NCBI GenBank assembly: GCA_000092065.1
Contig: CP000581.1
Length of the DNA: 64,000 nucleotides
DNA from: Ostreococcus lucimarinus
Lineage: Eukaryota
Direction: 5' to 3' (one strand)
Both the position numbers and the translations under genes were made by a program. Below, one piece after another: positions 40,153-49,956 of this stretch (position 1 is its first letter; each line of letters starts with the position of its first letter). The notes under the pieces are model-generated. The model was not told the origin of the DNA. It did not search any database and saw nothing but the letters and a program-made list of their open reading frames with translations.

Positions 40153-41322
40153 ATGATCGACGCCGCGGTGGGTGTTGGCGGCAACGTTGTCGAGTCCGAG
40201 GCTCTGTTGGAGCCTGCGAGTGGGTCGGGACGCGATCGTCGTCTCGCACGCAAAGCATTACAATGGTCCGGCGCGATGCTGACGTTTGCGTCGTTCATCG
40301 CGCTCGGCGTCGTTGCAAAGCGGCGCTGGGTTGGCGTTGAGCGCGCGAGCGCGGCGGCGTTGGGAGACACGCCTGGAACAGTGCGCGTGGAATCGTTCGA
40401 CACCGCGGCTTGTCAGTGGCGTCTTGATCGTGCGCTTGACGAGAATATTCGGTGTAATCCGGCTGGCACAGACGTCGTGGTAGTGCCCAAACTCAAAGCG
40501 GTGTACGTGGATGTGACGAAGGCGGCGAGTGAAAGTATACGAAGTCGTCTATTAGATGTCTACAACTCAAGCTGGACAAATGAAGAATACGCCATGGACG
40601 AAGGGAACAACATCGTTCGTTCGACTACTTCTTCGTTGTCGGATGAATTGTTGGATTCATACAAATTCTTCACGTTTGTACGAAATCCAAGTGAGCGTTT
40701 CGTCTCTGGCTATCAGCAGGCTTTCTGTCGCTCTTTGTGTCAGGGATGCATGCATGGAAAGACACCCACCCGGCCTCCGACGATTGAGCAGACGATCGAT
40801 TTGATAGAAATCATGCGCGGTAGGGCGAAGCATGACGACAGCTTTTGCTCGAATCGTCTGGGGGCGCCGCAAGACCAGAGCTTTTTGAACAATCCTTGGT
40901 TGGATGAGCACTTACAATCAACCGTATCGAGGCTCAGTGGTGTAACTCGACGTGGCTCGCGCGTACCAATGCACTTTATAGGTCGAACTGAGTCGTTGGA
41001 CGAAGATTGGAACCGTCTTATGGATGAGCTCGGCGTCGAACCAAGTCACCCTGTTCGTGCTCCGCTCAAGCACGTCGAGCACGAGTGCGCGATCTCCGAG
41101 CGCGAAAGACATTTGAAAGCCCAACGTGACGTATTCTTCTCTCACATAGTCCGTGGTGAACGAGCTCCAGAATCAGGCGAGCTTTATGAACCAGTGGAAG
41201 TCATTTACTCACGCGACAGAGCCGAGGTACACATCCCGAAGCCGAGTACCGCAAACGGTGGTGCGTACTTTGATAGATTCAAAACGCTCTACGAGGACGA
41301 TTACCGATGCCTCGATTATTAG
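40153..41322 (+). CDS. carbohydrate sulfotransferase-like type-II membrane protein (Sulfotransfer_2 family)
   Basis: N-terminal signal-anchor (MLTFASFIALGVVA), FTFVRNPSERFVSGY (3'-PAPS-binding motif of CHST family), downstream HFIGRTESLDEDW; ATG 40153. Confidence 0.6.
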   Translation: MIDAAVGVGGNVVESEALLEPASGSGRDRRLARKALQWSGAMLTFASFIALGVVAKRRWVGVERASAAALGDTPGTVRVESFDTAACQWRLDRALDENIRCNPAGTDVVVVPKLKAVYVDVTKAASESIRSRLLDVYNSSWTNEEYAMDEGNNIVRSTTSSLSDELLDSYKFFTFVRNPSERFVSGYQQAFCRSLCQGCMHGKTPTRPPTIEQTIDLIEIMRGRAKHDDSFCSNRLGAPQDQSFLNNPWLDEHLQSTVSRLSGVTRRGSRVPMHFIGRTESLDEDWNRLMDELGVEPSHPVRAPLKHVEHECAISERERHLKAQRDVFFSHIVRGERAPESGELYEPVEVIYSRDRAEVHIPKPSTANGGAYFDRFKTLYEDDYRCLDY

Positions 41323-41469
41323 CCATTTAGCCAACACTTACCATTAGCGTTCATCATTAGCTAGCTCGATGAATTAGACTCCTTCAACTTTCAACTTTCA
41401 ACCACGCCCGATGTCCCCCACAACGCTTCAGACGCCGCCGCGTAGTTCGGCCGATCCCACCGCGGCGTC

Positions 41470-43215
41470 ATGGAGCTTGCATCGCGCGACACCGCGCGAT
41501 CGACACTGACGCGCGCGTTACCATTCGACGTATTCGACGCCGACACCGACGCACCGTCGTGCAGCGACACCGACGCCACGAACGGCTTGGCTGCGACGAA
41601 CAAACCGTTGAATCGCAGCGACGAAGACGCCGTCGTTGAGCTTCGGGCGATCGATGCAGCGCTCCGTGCGGCGCTGCACCGCGCACCACGAACGATGAAT
41701 GAAGTTGTGACGAAAGGGGCGACGCTGGATCTGTGTGCGGACCTCATAGAGCGCGAGGATGAGGCGATGCGCGCGGCGGGAGCAGGACGTCGTCGAGCGA
41801 CAAGCTCGAGCGAAACCGAACGCGAGGAAGACGTGCCATGGGGCACACCGACGAAGGCGGCGGTGGAACGATTTGCAGAAGAGCTGGAGGTGGTTCTCAA
41901 AGAGAAGGAGAACGCGGTGATTGGACTTGAGAAGACTTTGGCATCGAAGCGCGAAGCGACGCTTGCATTTGAGCAGCAAAGAGCGCGGGCAGCGCAGAGC
42001 GAAAAAGCGCTGCACTTCGCCGAAGGCGAGATTGTGAGACTATCGAAGAAGGTGAATGAGCTCTCCAAAGTTTTGGAAGGCTCGAGGGCAGAGTCCGCCC
42101 AACGTTGGGAAAAATTAAAGAAGGTAGAGAAGCGACTTGCGGAGGCGCAAGCCAAGGACGAGGAAAATCTGCGTGCGCTTGCGATGCTTCGAAAAGATTT
42201 GCAAACTGAGCGTCAAATGAACAAGTCAAAAGAAGCCGAGATATCTCGACTGCGCGATGCGTTCCGAGATGTCAGCAACGGTAAAAAGATTGAAAACGTG
42301 GGTGATGAGCAGAATTTGAAGCGAATTCAAGACCTGGAAGAAAAGATTGTTCAGTTGGCTGTTTCCGTATCAAAGCAGTCTTCTGCATCTTCAGTACCAC
42401 GACGTTCGAACGAGCGCGAGTTGAATTTGTTAGTCCACGAGCTCGCTAAAGAAGAGTTGAAATCCAGAGCTCGAGCGGACGCCGCTGAGCAACTCGTTAC
42501 TACGATGCGAGCAGAGTTAGATTCAAAGACGGTCGAAGTTATCACGCTGCGTCAGCACATCAATACTCTTGATCAAAAACATCCCGTTAGAACCATCTCA
42601 CGCGGGTCCTTAGACTCACCGCGATCGGTGTCAGTTTCTCTAGAAGAGATTGATCAGAACCTTCAACGAAGTTGCGATCGCGCCGAACAGCTTTGCCAAC
42701 GTCTTTCAACGGTGATGTCTTCTGGTGGAGCATCAACGGGTGGATATTCTCAGAGAATGATGGAAACCCCTCTTAGTGTGTCGAGCGATCGTTCAGAGGA
42801 CAAGATTCGCGAGCTTCAAGAAGCGCTTGATGATCAATCTCAGCGTCGAGACGAGGCTGAGAAACTGGCAGCCAAGGCGGCGAGTGATGCATCAGCCTTG
42901 CGAGATTTGATCACCGCAGAACGCATAGCATCTGCTGCTGCAATGATGGCTGAGTCGAGGGGCTTGACAGGAGCGTATGTCGCGCGAGGAAATACGCACA
43001 ATATGTCTCCATCAACTTCTGATGTCACATCGACACCGAGCCGTAGTCCTCGACCGTTTCAACACACACCACGAACGACGTCGTCGATCTTCGGAGGTGC
43101 TCCCGTAGGCCTTTCAAAAGAGTTGGAAGAAGCGCGGCGCACCGCTAATAAAGAGCGTAAGCGCGCGGAAGTGGCCGAGGAGACAATATCTCGATGGAGC
43201 CGTCTCGCAGATTAG
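41470..43215 (+). CDS. hypothetical coiled-coil protein (581 aa)
   Basis: long heptad-rich ORF, ATG 41470, GC3-rich; no specific family recognised. Confidence 0.5.
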   Translation: MELASRDTARSTLTRALPFDVFDADTDAPSCSDTDATNGLAATNKPLNRSDEDAVVELRAIDAALRAALHRAPRTMNEVVTKGATLDLCADLIEREDEAMRAAGAGRRRATSSSETEREEDVPWGTPTKAAVERFAEELEVVLKEKENAVIGLEKTLASKREATLAFEQQRARAAQSEKALHFAEGEIVRLSKKVNELSKVLEGSRAESAQRWEKLKKVEKRLAEAQAKDEENLRALAMLRKDLQTERQMNKSKEAEISRLRDAFRDVSNGKKIENVGDEQNLKRIQDLEEKIVQLAVSVSKQSSASSVPRRSNERELNLLVHELAKEELKSRARADAAEQLVTTMRAELDSKTVEVITLRQHINTLDQKHPVRTISRGSLDSPRSVSVSLEEIDQNLQRSCDRAEQLCQRLSTVMSSGGASTGGYSQRMMETPLSVSSDRSEDKIRELQEALDDQSQRRDEAEKLAAKAASDASALRDLITAERIASAAAMMAESRGLTGAYVARGNTHNMSPSTSDVTSTPSRSPRPFQHTPRTTSSIFGGAPVGLSKELEEARRTANKERKRAEVAEETISRWSRLAD

Positions 43216-43243
43216 AGTAGCTGAATAGAATTCAATTTGTATA

Positions 43244-43705
43244 TCAACACGCTAGCTTAGTCCATCGCACTTTGCCAAACTTGACGAGTTTAATCACCAA
43301 CTCACTTACTTCGTCTTCCTTGACGAAGCACTCACACTGCTCTGGAAGGATGGTTAGCGGGAGCTCGGCGACGGCGAAGCGATACGATCTTGCTGTCGCA
43401 GCAAGCTCGATGGAGAAACTTTGCGATCCGAATTTGCGATCAACTATTCTAAATGACGAACTTTCCTTTGGTAGTTGAACAAACACGTGCGCAAAACGCT
43501 CGTCGTCGTACCAGACGTACTCGTGCAAACTGATGGCGTCCTTTGCTGTGCCCGTTGCACGGATCCGAACGTCTTCACGAGAGACCACCGGTGGTTCAAA
43601 CGTCCTCCCTTGAATCCTGAGGTGATCTTCCCGTCGTTTACTAATCACTGGCTCCTCCTCGGAATCCGATAAAGACGACGCGAGGGCGTCCCACTTCGCA
43701 TACAT
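43244..43705 (-). CDS. small CS-domain (p23/Sgt1/CacyBP-like) protein with acidic N-terminus (MYAKWDALASSLSDSEEE)
   Basis: HEYVWYDDERFAHVFVQLP...FSIELAA...YRFAVAELPLTILPEQCECFVKEDEVSELVIKL; ATG 43705 verified; stop only 28 bp from the convergent upstream gene. Confidence 0.55.
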   Translation of the reverse strand: MYAKWDALASSLSDSEEEPVISKRREDHLRIQGRTFEPPVVSREDVRIRATGTAKDAISLHEYVWYDDERFAHVFVQLPKESSSFRIVDRKFGSQSFSIELAATARSYRFAVAELPLTILPEQCECFVKEDEVSELVIKLVKFGKVRWTKLAC

Positions 43706-43767
43706 ATTGCCTGCGCCTGAAAATGAAGCGACAGGATGGGTGTGCCACTCTCACAACTCCAATCGCG

Positions 43768-44355
43768 TTAGTAAGAGTCATATGCCAAGACATCTTCATA
43801 GTCATACGGGTTCCCACTCATCGACAGCTTTTCCGTCGTTCCTCGTCCCTTGAAAGCCTTTAACTTGAGAGGCAGCGGTTGGGACGCGCCGACTGTGAGT
43901 TCCAATCGAGCATCGTTCTCTCCCGGCTGCAACTCTTTGATGCTGCCAATTCTACCAGAGTTCAACACGTCGTCATTTGCCTGGTCTTTCACCGATCCGA
44001 ACACATCGGCGTTGTACACGACATCCTTCGTTGGGTTAAGCGCTTTGAAACTCAACAGAATACACTTCGCCTTGTATGTCCCTGATCCGGGAACGCCTCC
44101 CGCCATCCCGCATGACGATTGTTCAATCGTACTCGCATCGATCGCGATCTCCACCGGTTTGGCTTGCACCAAACTCGCACCGAGCATCGTCGCGAGCGCG
44201 GTCGCGGCGGCGATCGACTTGGCGGAGTTGGACACGCGTCCATAGGATATGGCGTCAACTTTGACGCATCGCGACGTCACGCGAGCGCTGTTGGCGCGGG
44301 TGGGAGTCCTAAAGAGGCTCACGCGTGCGTGCGTGGAGACACACGAGTTCGTCAT
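43768..44355 (-). CDS. hypothetical small protein with N-terminal presequence followed by a hydrophobic Ala-rich stretch (possible organelle/thylakoid-lumen targeting)
   Basis: ORF with ATG 44355; MTNSCVSTHARVSLFRTPTRANSARVTSR...SIAAATALATMLGASLVQA then mature domain with two Cys; no family assigned. Confidence 0.4.
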   Translation of the reverse strand: MTNSCVSTHARVSLFRTPTRANSARVTSRCVKVDAISYGRVSNSAKSIAAATALATMLGASLVQAKPVEIAIDASTIEQSSCGMAGGVPGSGTYKAKCILLSFKALNPTKDVVYNADVFGSVKDQANDDVLNSGRIGSIKELQPGENDARLELTVGASQPLPLKLKAFKGRGTTEKLSMSGNPYDYEDVLAYDSY

Positions 44356-44417
44356 CGTCTCGCGCGCGAACGTTTGAAGTTTTGGCTGTTCGGTGGTTTG
44401 CTACAAGAAATGCTGCA

Positions 44418-45405
44418 CTAGTTCGAGGGAACGGCTTCGGGTTCGACGGTGGGCGCGGAAGCGTCTTGGACTTGCGTAAGATCGACATTGACTTCAGGTT
44501 CGCCCACCTTGGCCGTCGCCTTTGCCTCCGCCGTGACCGCCTTCACCTTGTTCGTCGCCTGACTCAAGCCTTCGCCGATGGTCGTCGTGGCGCTACTTAT
44601 CACCTTGCTCTCCATCGCCTTGTTCATCGCCATGCCAGCAGCGTCTCGTCCGATCCCCACCACAGCGTTCGTCGTCGCAGTTATCTTCAGCGACTTGTCA
44701 ATCTCTGCGACCTGCGCCGACGCGGTGGTTGACAGTTTCTTGACGCCCGTCGACAAACCAGCCTTTTCATCAAATTTCTTCATGCTGGACGATATTTGTA
44801 ATTTCTCATCCATAGCCTTGATATTTTCTTTCGTCTTAGCCGTGATTTGATTTCTCTCGTCGAAATCCTTCACCGCCGCCATGGCTTGCTTGCCAGCGAG
44901 AAGCGTCTTGCCTAAAAATCCAGCGAACTTGGATTCAAAGCTGTTCAGCGTCGTGCCCTCGTTCGCGACGTCGTCCGAAACCGGGTACGCGCACTCCGCG
45001 ATGTTCAACGGATGATTGAGTAACAAACATCCGTTTAATAGCACCGCCGCGCTCACCGCCTCCTTGTGCGTGAACTCGATCACGGCTTTGCGTCCGCTCT
45101 TCGTGGCGACGTTGAAGATGCGCACGCGCTCAATCTCCCCTGCCGTGCTGAAGAATTCCCTCAAATTAGACTCTTCCGCGCTTGGAGCGACGTTTGTGAC
45201 CTGTGTGATGCACGATCGAGCGTGTGCGCGTCAGTAATCACGCGCGAGGCGAGAGATCTCGAACGAAATCTTATTTCAACGTGCCCAGTCGGAGAGGCGA
45301 GAATCGTGCCGTTGGGAGCGAAACTGCGCGTACGGCGCGTGACGATCGCGAGCAAAGACGCCGCGCATCGCGTTTCGTCCGCTGACGCACCGTAATGGCT
45401 GACAT
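44418..45405 (-). CDS. BPA1-like (binding partner of ACD11) RRM protein; two exons: 15-nt exon1 45391..45405 (MSAIT), intron 45201..45390, exon2 44418..45200
   Basis: spliced N-terminus MSAIT|VTNVAPSAEESNLREFFSTAGEIERVRIF... reconstitutes an RRM RNP2 region; C-terminal repeated K.FDE(R/K)xQ(I/L)S helical motifs typical of BPA1/BPL proteins; donor GTGCGT, acceptor CACACAG; total CDS 798 nt in frame. Confidence 0.7.
45201..45390 (-). other. GC-rich spliceosomal intron (190 nt) after a 5-codon first exon
   Basis: ATGTCAGCCATTACG|GTGCGTCAG....CATCACACAG|GTCACAAACGTC. Confidence 0.6.
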
Positions 45406-45484
45406 AGTGTCGATGACTTGCGTCGGGTTGTGTTGAGATGTTACAGTGAGTGACAGGTGGTGTGGCTGGGTGAGTGCTCCATAA

Positions 45485-47551
45485 CTAATCGTCCCGGGAG
45501 GACGTACCGCTTAGGGCGGCAGCTTTTAGAGTCTCTATATCTATGGGTATTGCGCTCGTTGACGAAGAAGCGCCGGTGAGCTCGTCGAGGACTTGCGTGA
45601 TAGCGGCTTTGACAACGGTGCGGCGTTCAGGTTCAAGGCCTTCGCAGGCCTCGAGCGCAGCGCCAAGAGAGCGACCTGTGATGGCGACGACTTTACCTCG
45701 AGTCTGCGCCACTAATAAAGGAACGACAATCAACAAAGCTTTTGAGATGTCTGTCGCGGCGCGAAGCTGCTCTTCGAGGCCTTTCTTGTGCACGTGCAGC
45801 ATCGAGCGTTCCGTTTTTTTATTCGGCGCCGGAAGGCGGACTCCAAATAATTCGCAAAGTCTTCCTAGGGAATCCATGACGTCCATGGGTGATTTCTCAC
45901 GACGGATTGCGTCGATTAAGTCGCGACCTAAAGCTTTCGCTTTGTTGCCATCCGAAAAACTTTCCACGATGAATGCACGAAGCTTTTCTGTCAAAGGCGC
46001 TGCGCTATCGCCCTCATCGAAACTCTTTTCGGCTTTCGATCGTAAAAATGCGTCCGCACATGGCACGGCGTATCTTCTGCATGTGTATGTCATGGCGTGT
46101 GAGTCGTGCGACAACACCTCTGCGGTTCCCTTGGAGCATAACAATGCCGTCGGGTACGACGCCAGGAATATCTTCTTTGCCGCGTCGCAAGACATTCTGA
46201 GCTTATCGCCGTGACTCGCTATCGCGAATGAAATGCGTTCTTTAAATGCCAATACTGCCGCAACTTTATGCACTCGCACCAGTTCTTGAATCAAGTCGGC
46301 TTCCACGCCCGGAACGGCGCGTTTGACGGCTGCGATGACGTCTGAATCTCCGACCGAATTTGCCACGAGGAATTCACGCAGCGTGGCAACATCCTTCTTC
46401 TCGTTCTCGCGTATGGCTTTTTCAGCAGCCAATTCCCCGAAGCGTTTAATCGCATCTGTGCACTTTTTGATGAAGGATTTCGTAACCACGTACTCCCTGC
46501 CAAACTCGACATGCTTCTGCAACACACTCGTCTGGGCGAGCGTCTCGGCACAACTTGTCAAGCCTTCCGGTAAGACGTCCGGCGTGTAACAATAGCCATC
46601 TTCGTCGAGCGCTTCTGAGACGGCAGTTTCGAACTGATCTAGAACTCTTTTAGCGACGAAACACGCCGGCGATCCGAACTCCAAGTGTGACTCGTCCGCT
46701 TCTGAGAGAATTTTCTTTGCTTGCTTTGCATCAAAACCGACGCGTGCCGCGGCGTCGACGCTCACAACGCCCATTTGTGCAAACATCTCCAAAAGCTTCT
46801 TGCGCTGACGATCCAAGTGCGCCGCTGGGTACCAAACGCCTCCAGACATCTCACCACTGAGTCTCACCGCTTTCGACTTGATAACTTCGCTCAATACGCT
46901 TCCCACAAGCTGCGCTCTGGCCTCCTCGCCGAGCGCCTCGCGGAGCAGAGCGTCGCGAGAAGTTGGCACCGCACACGCCATCAAAGTCTCACGCACGCGC
47001 GATGTGAGTTTCGCGACGTACTCGGAGGTGTAAACTAAACTTCCGTCCATCTTAACGTCCGACGCGCCGACGACGCGTTCGCGCAAAACTTTCACCACCA
47101 AGTCGGCACCGAGCGAAAACTTACGCGCGACGTCCGAAACAGTCGCCGTTCCGTTTTCGCGCAAAATCTCCTGCGTCTCCCTCGCGACGTCGTCAAAGTA
47201 TCCATCCGTCATGAGTTCCCCCTCCAAGAACCGCGCGCCGCTCGACGCGTTTTCTCGAGCCAAAGCCTTGGCCGCGCGTTCGCACGTCGACGCGTCCACC
47301 CCGAGCGCCGTCGACAACGCCACCACTCCAACGCGCCCTCCGCATCGCTCCACCTCTCGCATCACCTCTTCCCGCACCCTCTCCGTCGTCACGTACGCCT
47401 TCCCATCACCCGCGCGCGTCAAAGATTCGTTCGCCACGACCCCCAGCTCGCGCATCTTCGCGACGAGCGCGACGGCGTGCGCGTCTCGCCACGCGAACGC
47501 CGCGCGTCCCCCCTGTGCGTCCCTCGCGCGAGATTCCTCGACATCTCCCAT
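45485..47551 (-). CDS. UFL1: E3 UFM1-protein ligase 1 (UFL1)
   Basis: N-terminal winged-helix region MGDVEESRARDAQGGRAAFAWRDAHAVALVAKMRELGVVANESLTRAGDGKAYVTTERVREEVMREVERCGGRVGVVALSTALGVD... matches the UFL1 N-terminal pattern; ATG 47551 verified; 246 upstream Arg-rich codons of track ORF trimmed. Confidence 0.65.
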   Translation of the reverse strand: MGDVEESRARDAQGGRAAFAWRDAHAVALVAKMRELGVVANESLTRAGDGKAYVTTERVREEVMREVERCGGRVGVVALSTALGVDASTCERAAKALARENASSGARFLEGELMTDGYFDDVARETQEILRENGTATVSDVARKFSLGADLVVKVLRERVVGASDVKMDGSLVYTSEYVAKLTSRVRETLMACAVPTSRDALLREALGEEARAQLVGSVLSEVIKSKAVRLSGEMSGGVWYPAAHLDRQRKKLLEMFAQMGVVSVDAAARVGFDAKQAKKILSEADESHLEFGSPACFVAKRVLDQFETAVSEALDEDGYCYTPDVLPEGLTSCAETLAQTSVLQKHVEFGREYVVTKSFIKKCTDAIKRFGELAAEKAIRENEKKDVATLREFLVANSVGDSDVIAAVKRAVPGVEADLIQELVRVHKVAAVLAFKERISFAIASHGDKLRMSCDAAKKIFLASYPTALLCSKGTAEVLSHDSHAMTYTCRRYAVPCADAFLRSKAEKSFDEGDSAAPLTEKLRAFIVESFSDGNKAKALGRDLIDAIRREKSPMDVMDSLGRLCELFGVRLPAPNKKTERSMLHVHKKGLEEQLRAATDISKALLIVVPLLVAQTRGKVVAITGRSLGAALEACEGLEPERRTVVKAAITQVLDELTGASSSTSAIPIDIETLKAAALSGTSSRDD

Positions 47552-48024
47552 CACGCGCGACGCGCGCGCGACGTCGCGCGCCCCGCAATCGCCCCATCGC
47601 CGGGCGCCGGTCGCCGTCGCGATCGCGCCCGTTCGTCTTCTTTTTTCTCGAACGCGCGCGAAAACGCGTAAAAAAACGCCGATTCCCGTCGCGCGCCTTT
47701 CGGATTTCGCGACGACGGTTCGCGACTCAAATGCGACCCCCTCCCCGCGCGGGGTCCGCGATCGCGCGCGACGCGGCCCTTTCGCGCGCGTGCCGCGACG
47801 CCGCTGATGGGGGCTGGCGTCGCGGGAGAACACCGCGCGCGGTGGTGCGCGTCGTCGGCGCGCGCGGATCGCCCGTCGAGCGCGCGCGCGGTCGTCTCTT
47901 GCGTCGCGTCGCGCGTCGCGCGTATTTCGCGTCGCGACGCGCGCGCGGGCGACGCGCGATCGCGGCGACGATCGAGCGATCGTCGCGAATTCGCGCGCGA
48001 AAACTTTGCGCGATCGCGCGCGCG

Positions 48025-49788
48025 ATGGTGACGCCGGTGACGGGGCAAACGGCGCGTGCGGTGGATGAGAGCGAGGAGAACGAGGTCGTTGACGCCGCGC
48101 GCGGTGATGCGCGCGAACGCGCGGCGGCGTTTCGACGAGACGTCGAGATGCGATGCGACGCCGTGCGACGGGACGCGGAAGCCGCGAGCGCGGAGCAGGA
48201 GGAGTTGCGAGCGAAATTGGCGACGACGACCACGGAGAACGCGAGTGTGAGAGAGAGCGAGACGGACACGAAGATTTTGAAGACACCACCGGCGACGCCG
48301 AGCGATTGCGTGCATCTTTCGTTGAATGCGTGCGATTTCAACGTGAGCGCAGACGCGGAGGAGCTCGTCAAGGCGTTGTTGAAGAGTCAACGCGAACGGG
48401 AGAGTTTCGTCGAAGTGGCGCAGGAGACGGGCGCGGCGCGCTCGAAGGGATCTTCGAATAGAAGTGGGCACTCAACTCCGGACGATATCAACTATGGATT
48501 TCACAAAGCGCAGTTGCGCGATGAGTTGGAGAAGATTCGGCGTCAAGTGCTCGAGGAGACGCTCACGCTCGAAGGGCTTCGTCGGGAAACGGCTGAGTTA
48601 CGAACGACGCGCGCGGCGACGTCGAGCGATGAGGCCGTGGTGAAAGACAAGCTCACCAAGACTCGCACGCAGTTGACGCTCCTCGAAAACGAGCAAGCGC
48701 AATTGACGGAGGACCTGGAGTACCAGCACAAGAGTTCCGCGGCGGTGCGCAAGGCGTGTCAGGATGAAGAGCACAGGTTGAGAAAACAGATTGATGAACT
48801 GAGGAAAGAGGCCGCGGATGAGGAGGAACGCGCGATGCAGTTGAAGTCCGATACTTGTATCACCGTGGAAATTCTCGAAGAGCACGAACAGTACATCGAG
48901 AAGGTTAAGGGAAAGTTGGAAGGATTAGAAGCCGAAGTCGAATCAAAGACGAAGCTCTTGAGAGAGCTCGACTGCGATCAAGGTTCGATTGAAGAGGAGT
49001 TGGAAGCGTTGCGGACAAAGCTTAAGGAAGAAAGTGAACTAGGTGACAGATTACGGGCGAAAGAAGCGGAAGATAGAGCGAATGCGCAACGCGCGTTGGA
49101 AGCCATCAAGACTGAGGCTGAAAAACTTAAAGAGGACAAGCGCAGTTACGAAGCCGACATCGAGCGATCACAAGAGGCACTCGCCGAGGCTGTGCACCTA
49201 TTGCAAGTTGCAAAGGATACGGCGGAGCAAGAAATGTCATGGACTGCGAACCCGCTTCGAACACCACCACCGTACCGTCAAGTTGGACATTCTTATGTGT
49301 ATGACAGCGCGCAAAATTCACCGTTGGAAGCCCCGATGCAGGGTGTTCGTTTGTTCGACGACAGCCCGATGATGAAAGTCTCGGCAGAGGACAAAGCGTA
49401 CCATCGTCTGATGATCATGGAAAAAGCGGCAAAAGATGCCGAAGCTCGCAGAATGGCAGCTGAATCCGGCGCCCACACCGCTGAAGTACGCCTGCGAAGA
49501 ATGGTTGAATTTGTCAACCGCCTCGGGCCCTCCGCGACGTCTTCACCATCTCGACCACGCTCACCGCAATCGGGAGACTATGCCATCTATCGTCGGGACT
49601 CTCCGACGAACTCCGTCATAGATTCTCTCGATTCTCTTCGGTTGCAGCTCGCTTCGGCGGTCAAGCAAAAATCTCGAGCGGGACTTGACAAAGTCTCGCG
49701 ACGCCGCGAGAGCGCGCCTCGAGAAGAGCTTCACTTTAAGCTCAATCAACTCATAGATGAGATTGGGAAGACACGTAAGCACTACTAG
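48025..49788 (+). CDS. hypothetical coiled-coil protein (587 aa)
   Basis: ATG 48025 divergent from UFL1 across a 473-bp CG-rich spacer; long heptad-rich E/K/L region; 170 upstream Arg-rich codons of track ORF trimmed. Confidence 0.5.
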   Translation: MVTPVTGQTARAVDESEENEVVDAARGDARERAAAFRRDVEMRCDAVRRDAEAASAEQEELRAKLATTTTENASVRESETDTKILKTPPATPSDCVHLSLNACDFNVSADAEELVKALLKSQRERESFVEVAQETGAARSKGSSNRSGHSTPDDINYGFHKAQLRDELEKIRRQVLEETLTLEGLRRETAELRTTRAATSSDEAVVKDKLTKTRTQLTLLENEQAQLTEDLEYQHKSSAAVRKACQDEEHRLRKQIDELRKEAADEEERAMQLKSDTCITVEILEEHEQYIEKVKGKLEGLEAEVESKTKLLRELDCDQGSIEEELEALRTKLKEESELGDRLRAKEAEDRANAQRALEAIKTEAEKLKEDKRSYEADIERSQEALAEAVHLLQVAKDTAEQEMSWTANPLRTPPPYRQVGHSYVYDSAQNSPLEAPMQGVRLFDDSPMMKVSAEDKAYHRLMIMEKAAKDAEARRMAAESGAHTAEVRLRRMVEFVNRLGPSATSSPSRPRSPQSGDYAIYRRDSPTNSVIDSLDSLRLQLASAVKQKSRAGLDKVSRRRESAPREELHFKLNQLIDEIGKTRKHY

Positions 49789-49956
49789 TTGTTGTTAATT
49801 TAATTAGCGCGATTAACAAAAGCGACACGGATCGATATGCGTCCTCCGTCGCTGCGAGTCGGTTCGTCGCGAGCGAGCGTCCGCCGCACGGGCTGCCGCA
49901 CTCGTCCGCGCGCGCGGCAGCCCGTGCGCGAGATGGGCGCGCGTCGAAGGAACGAT

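Noticed and set aside
47552-48024. Arg/Ala-rich ORFs on both strands across the CG-rich spacer between UFL1 and the coiled-coil gene (e.g. 47551..48471 minus, 47406..47597, 47807..48031)
   Set aside because: These are translations of (CGCGCG)-rich intergenic DNA giving poly-Arg/Ala peptides; they are overlapping mutually antisense ORFs typical of high-GC non-coding sequence. The same reasoning removed the long N-terminal extensions of track ORFs 52425..54065, 45485..48289, 32571..35027, 47515..49788 and 57507..58919.
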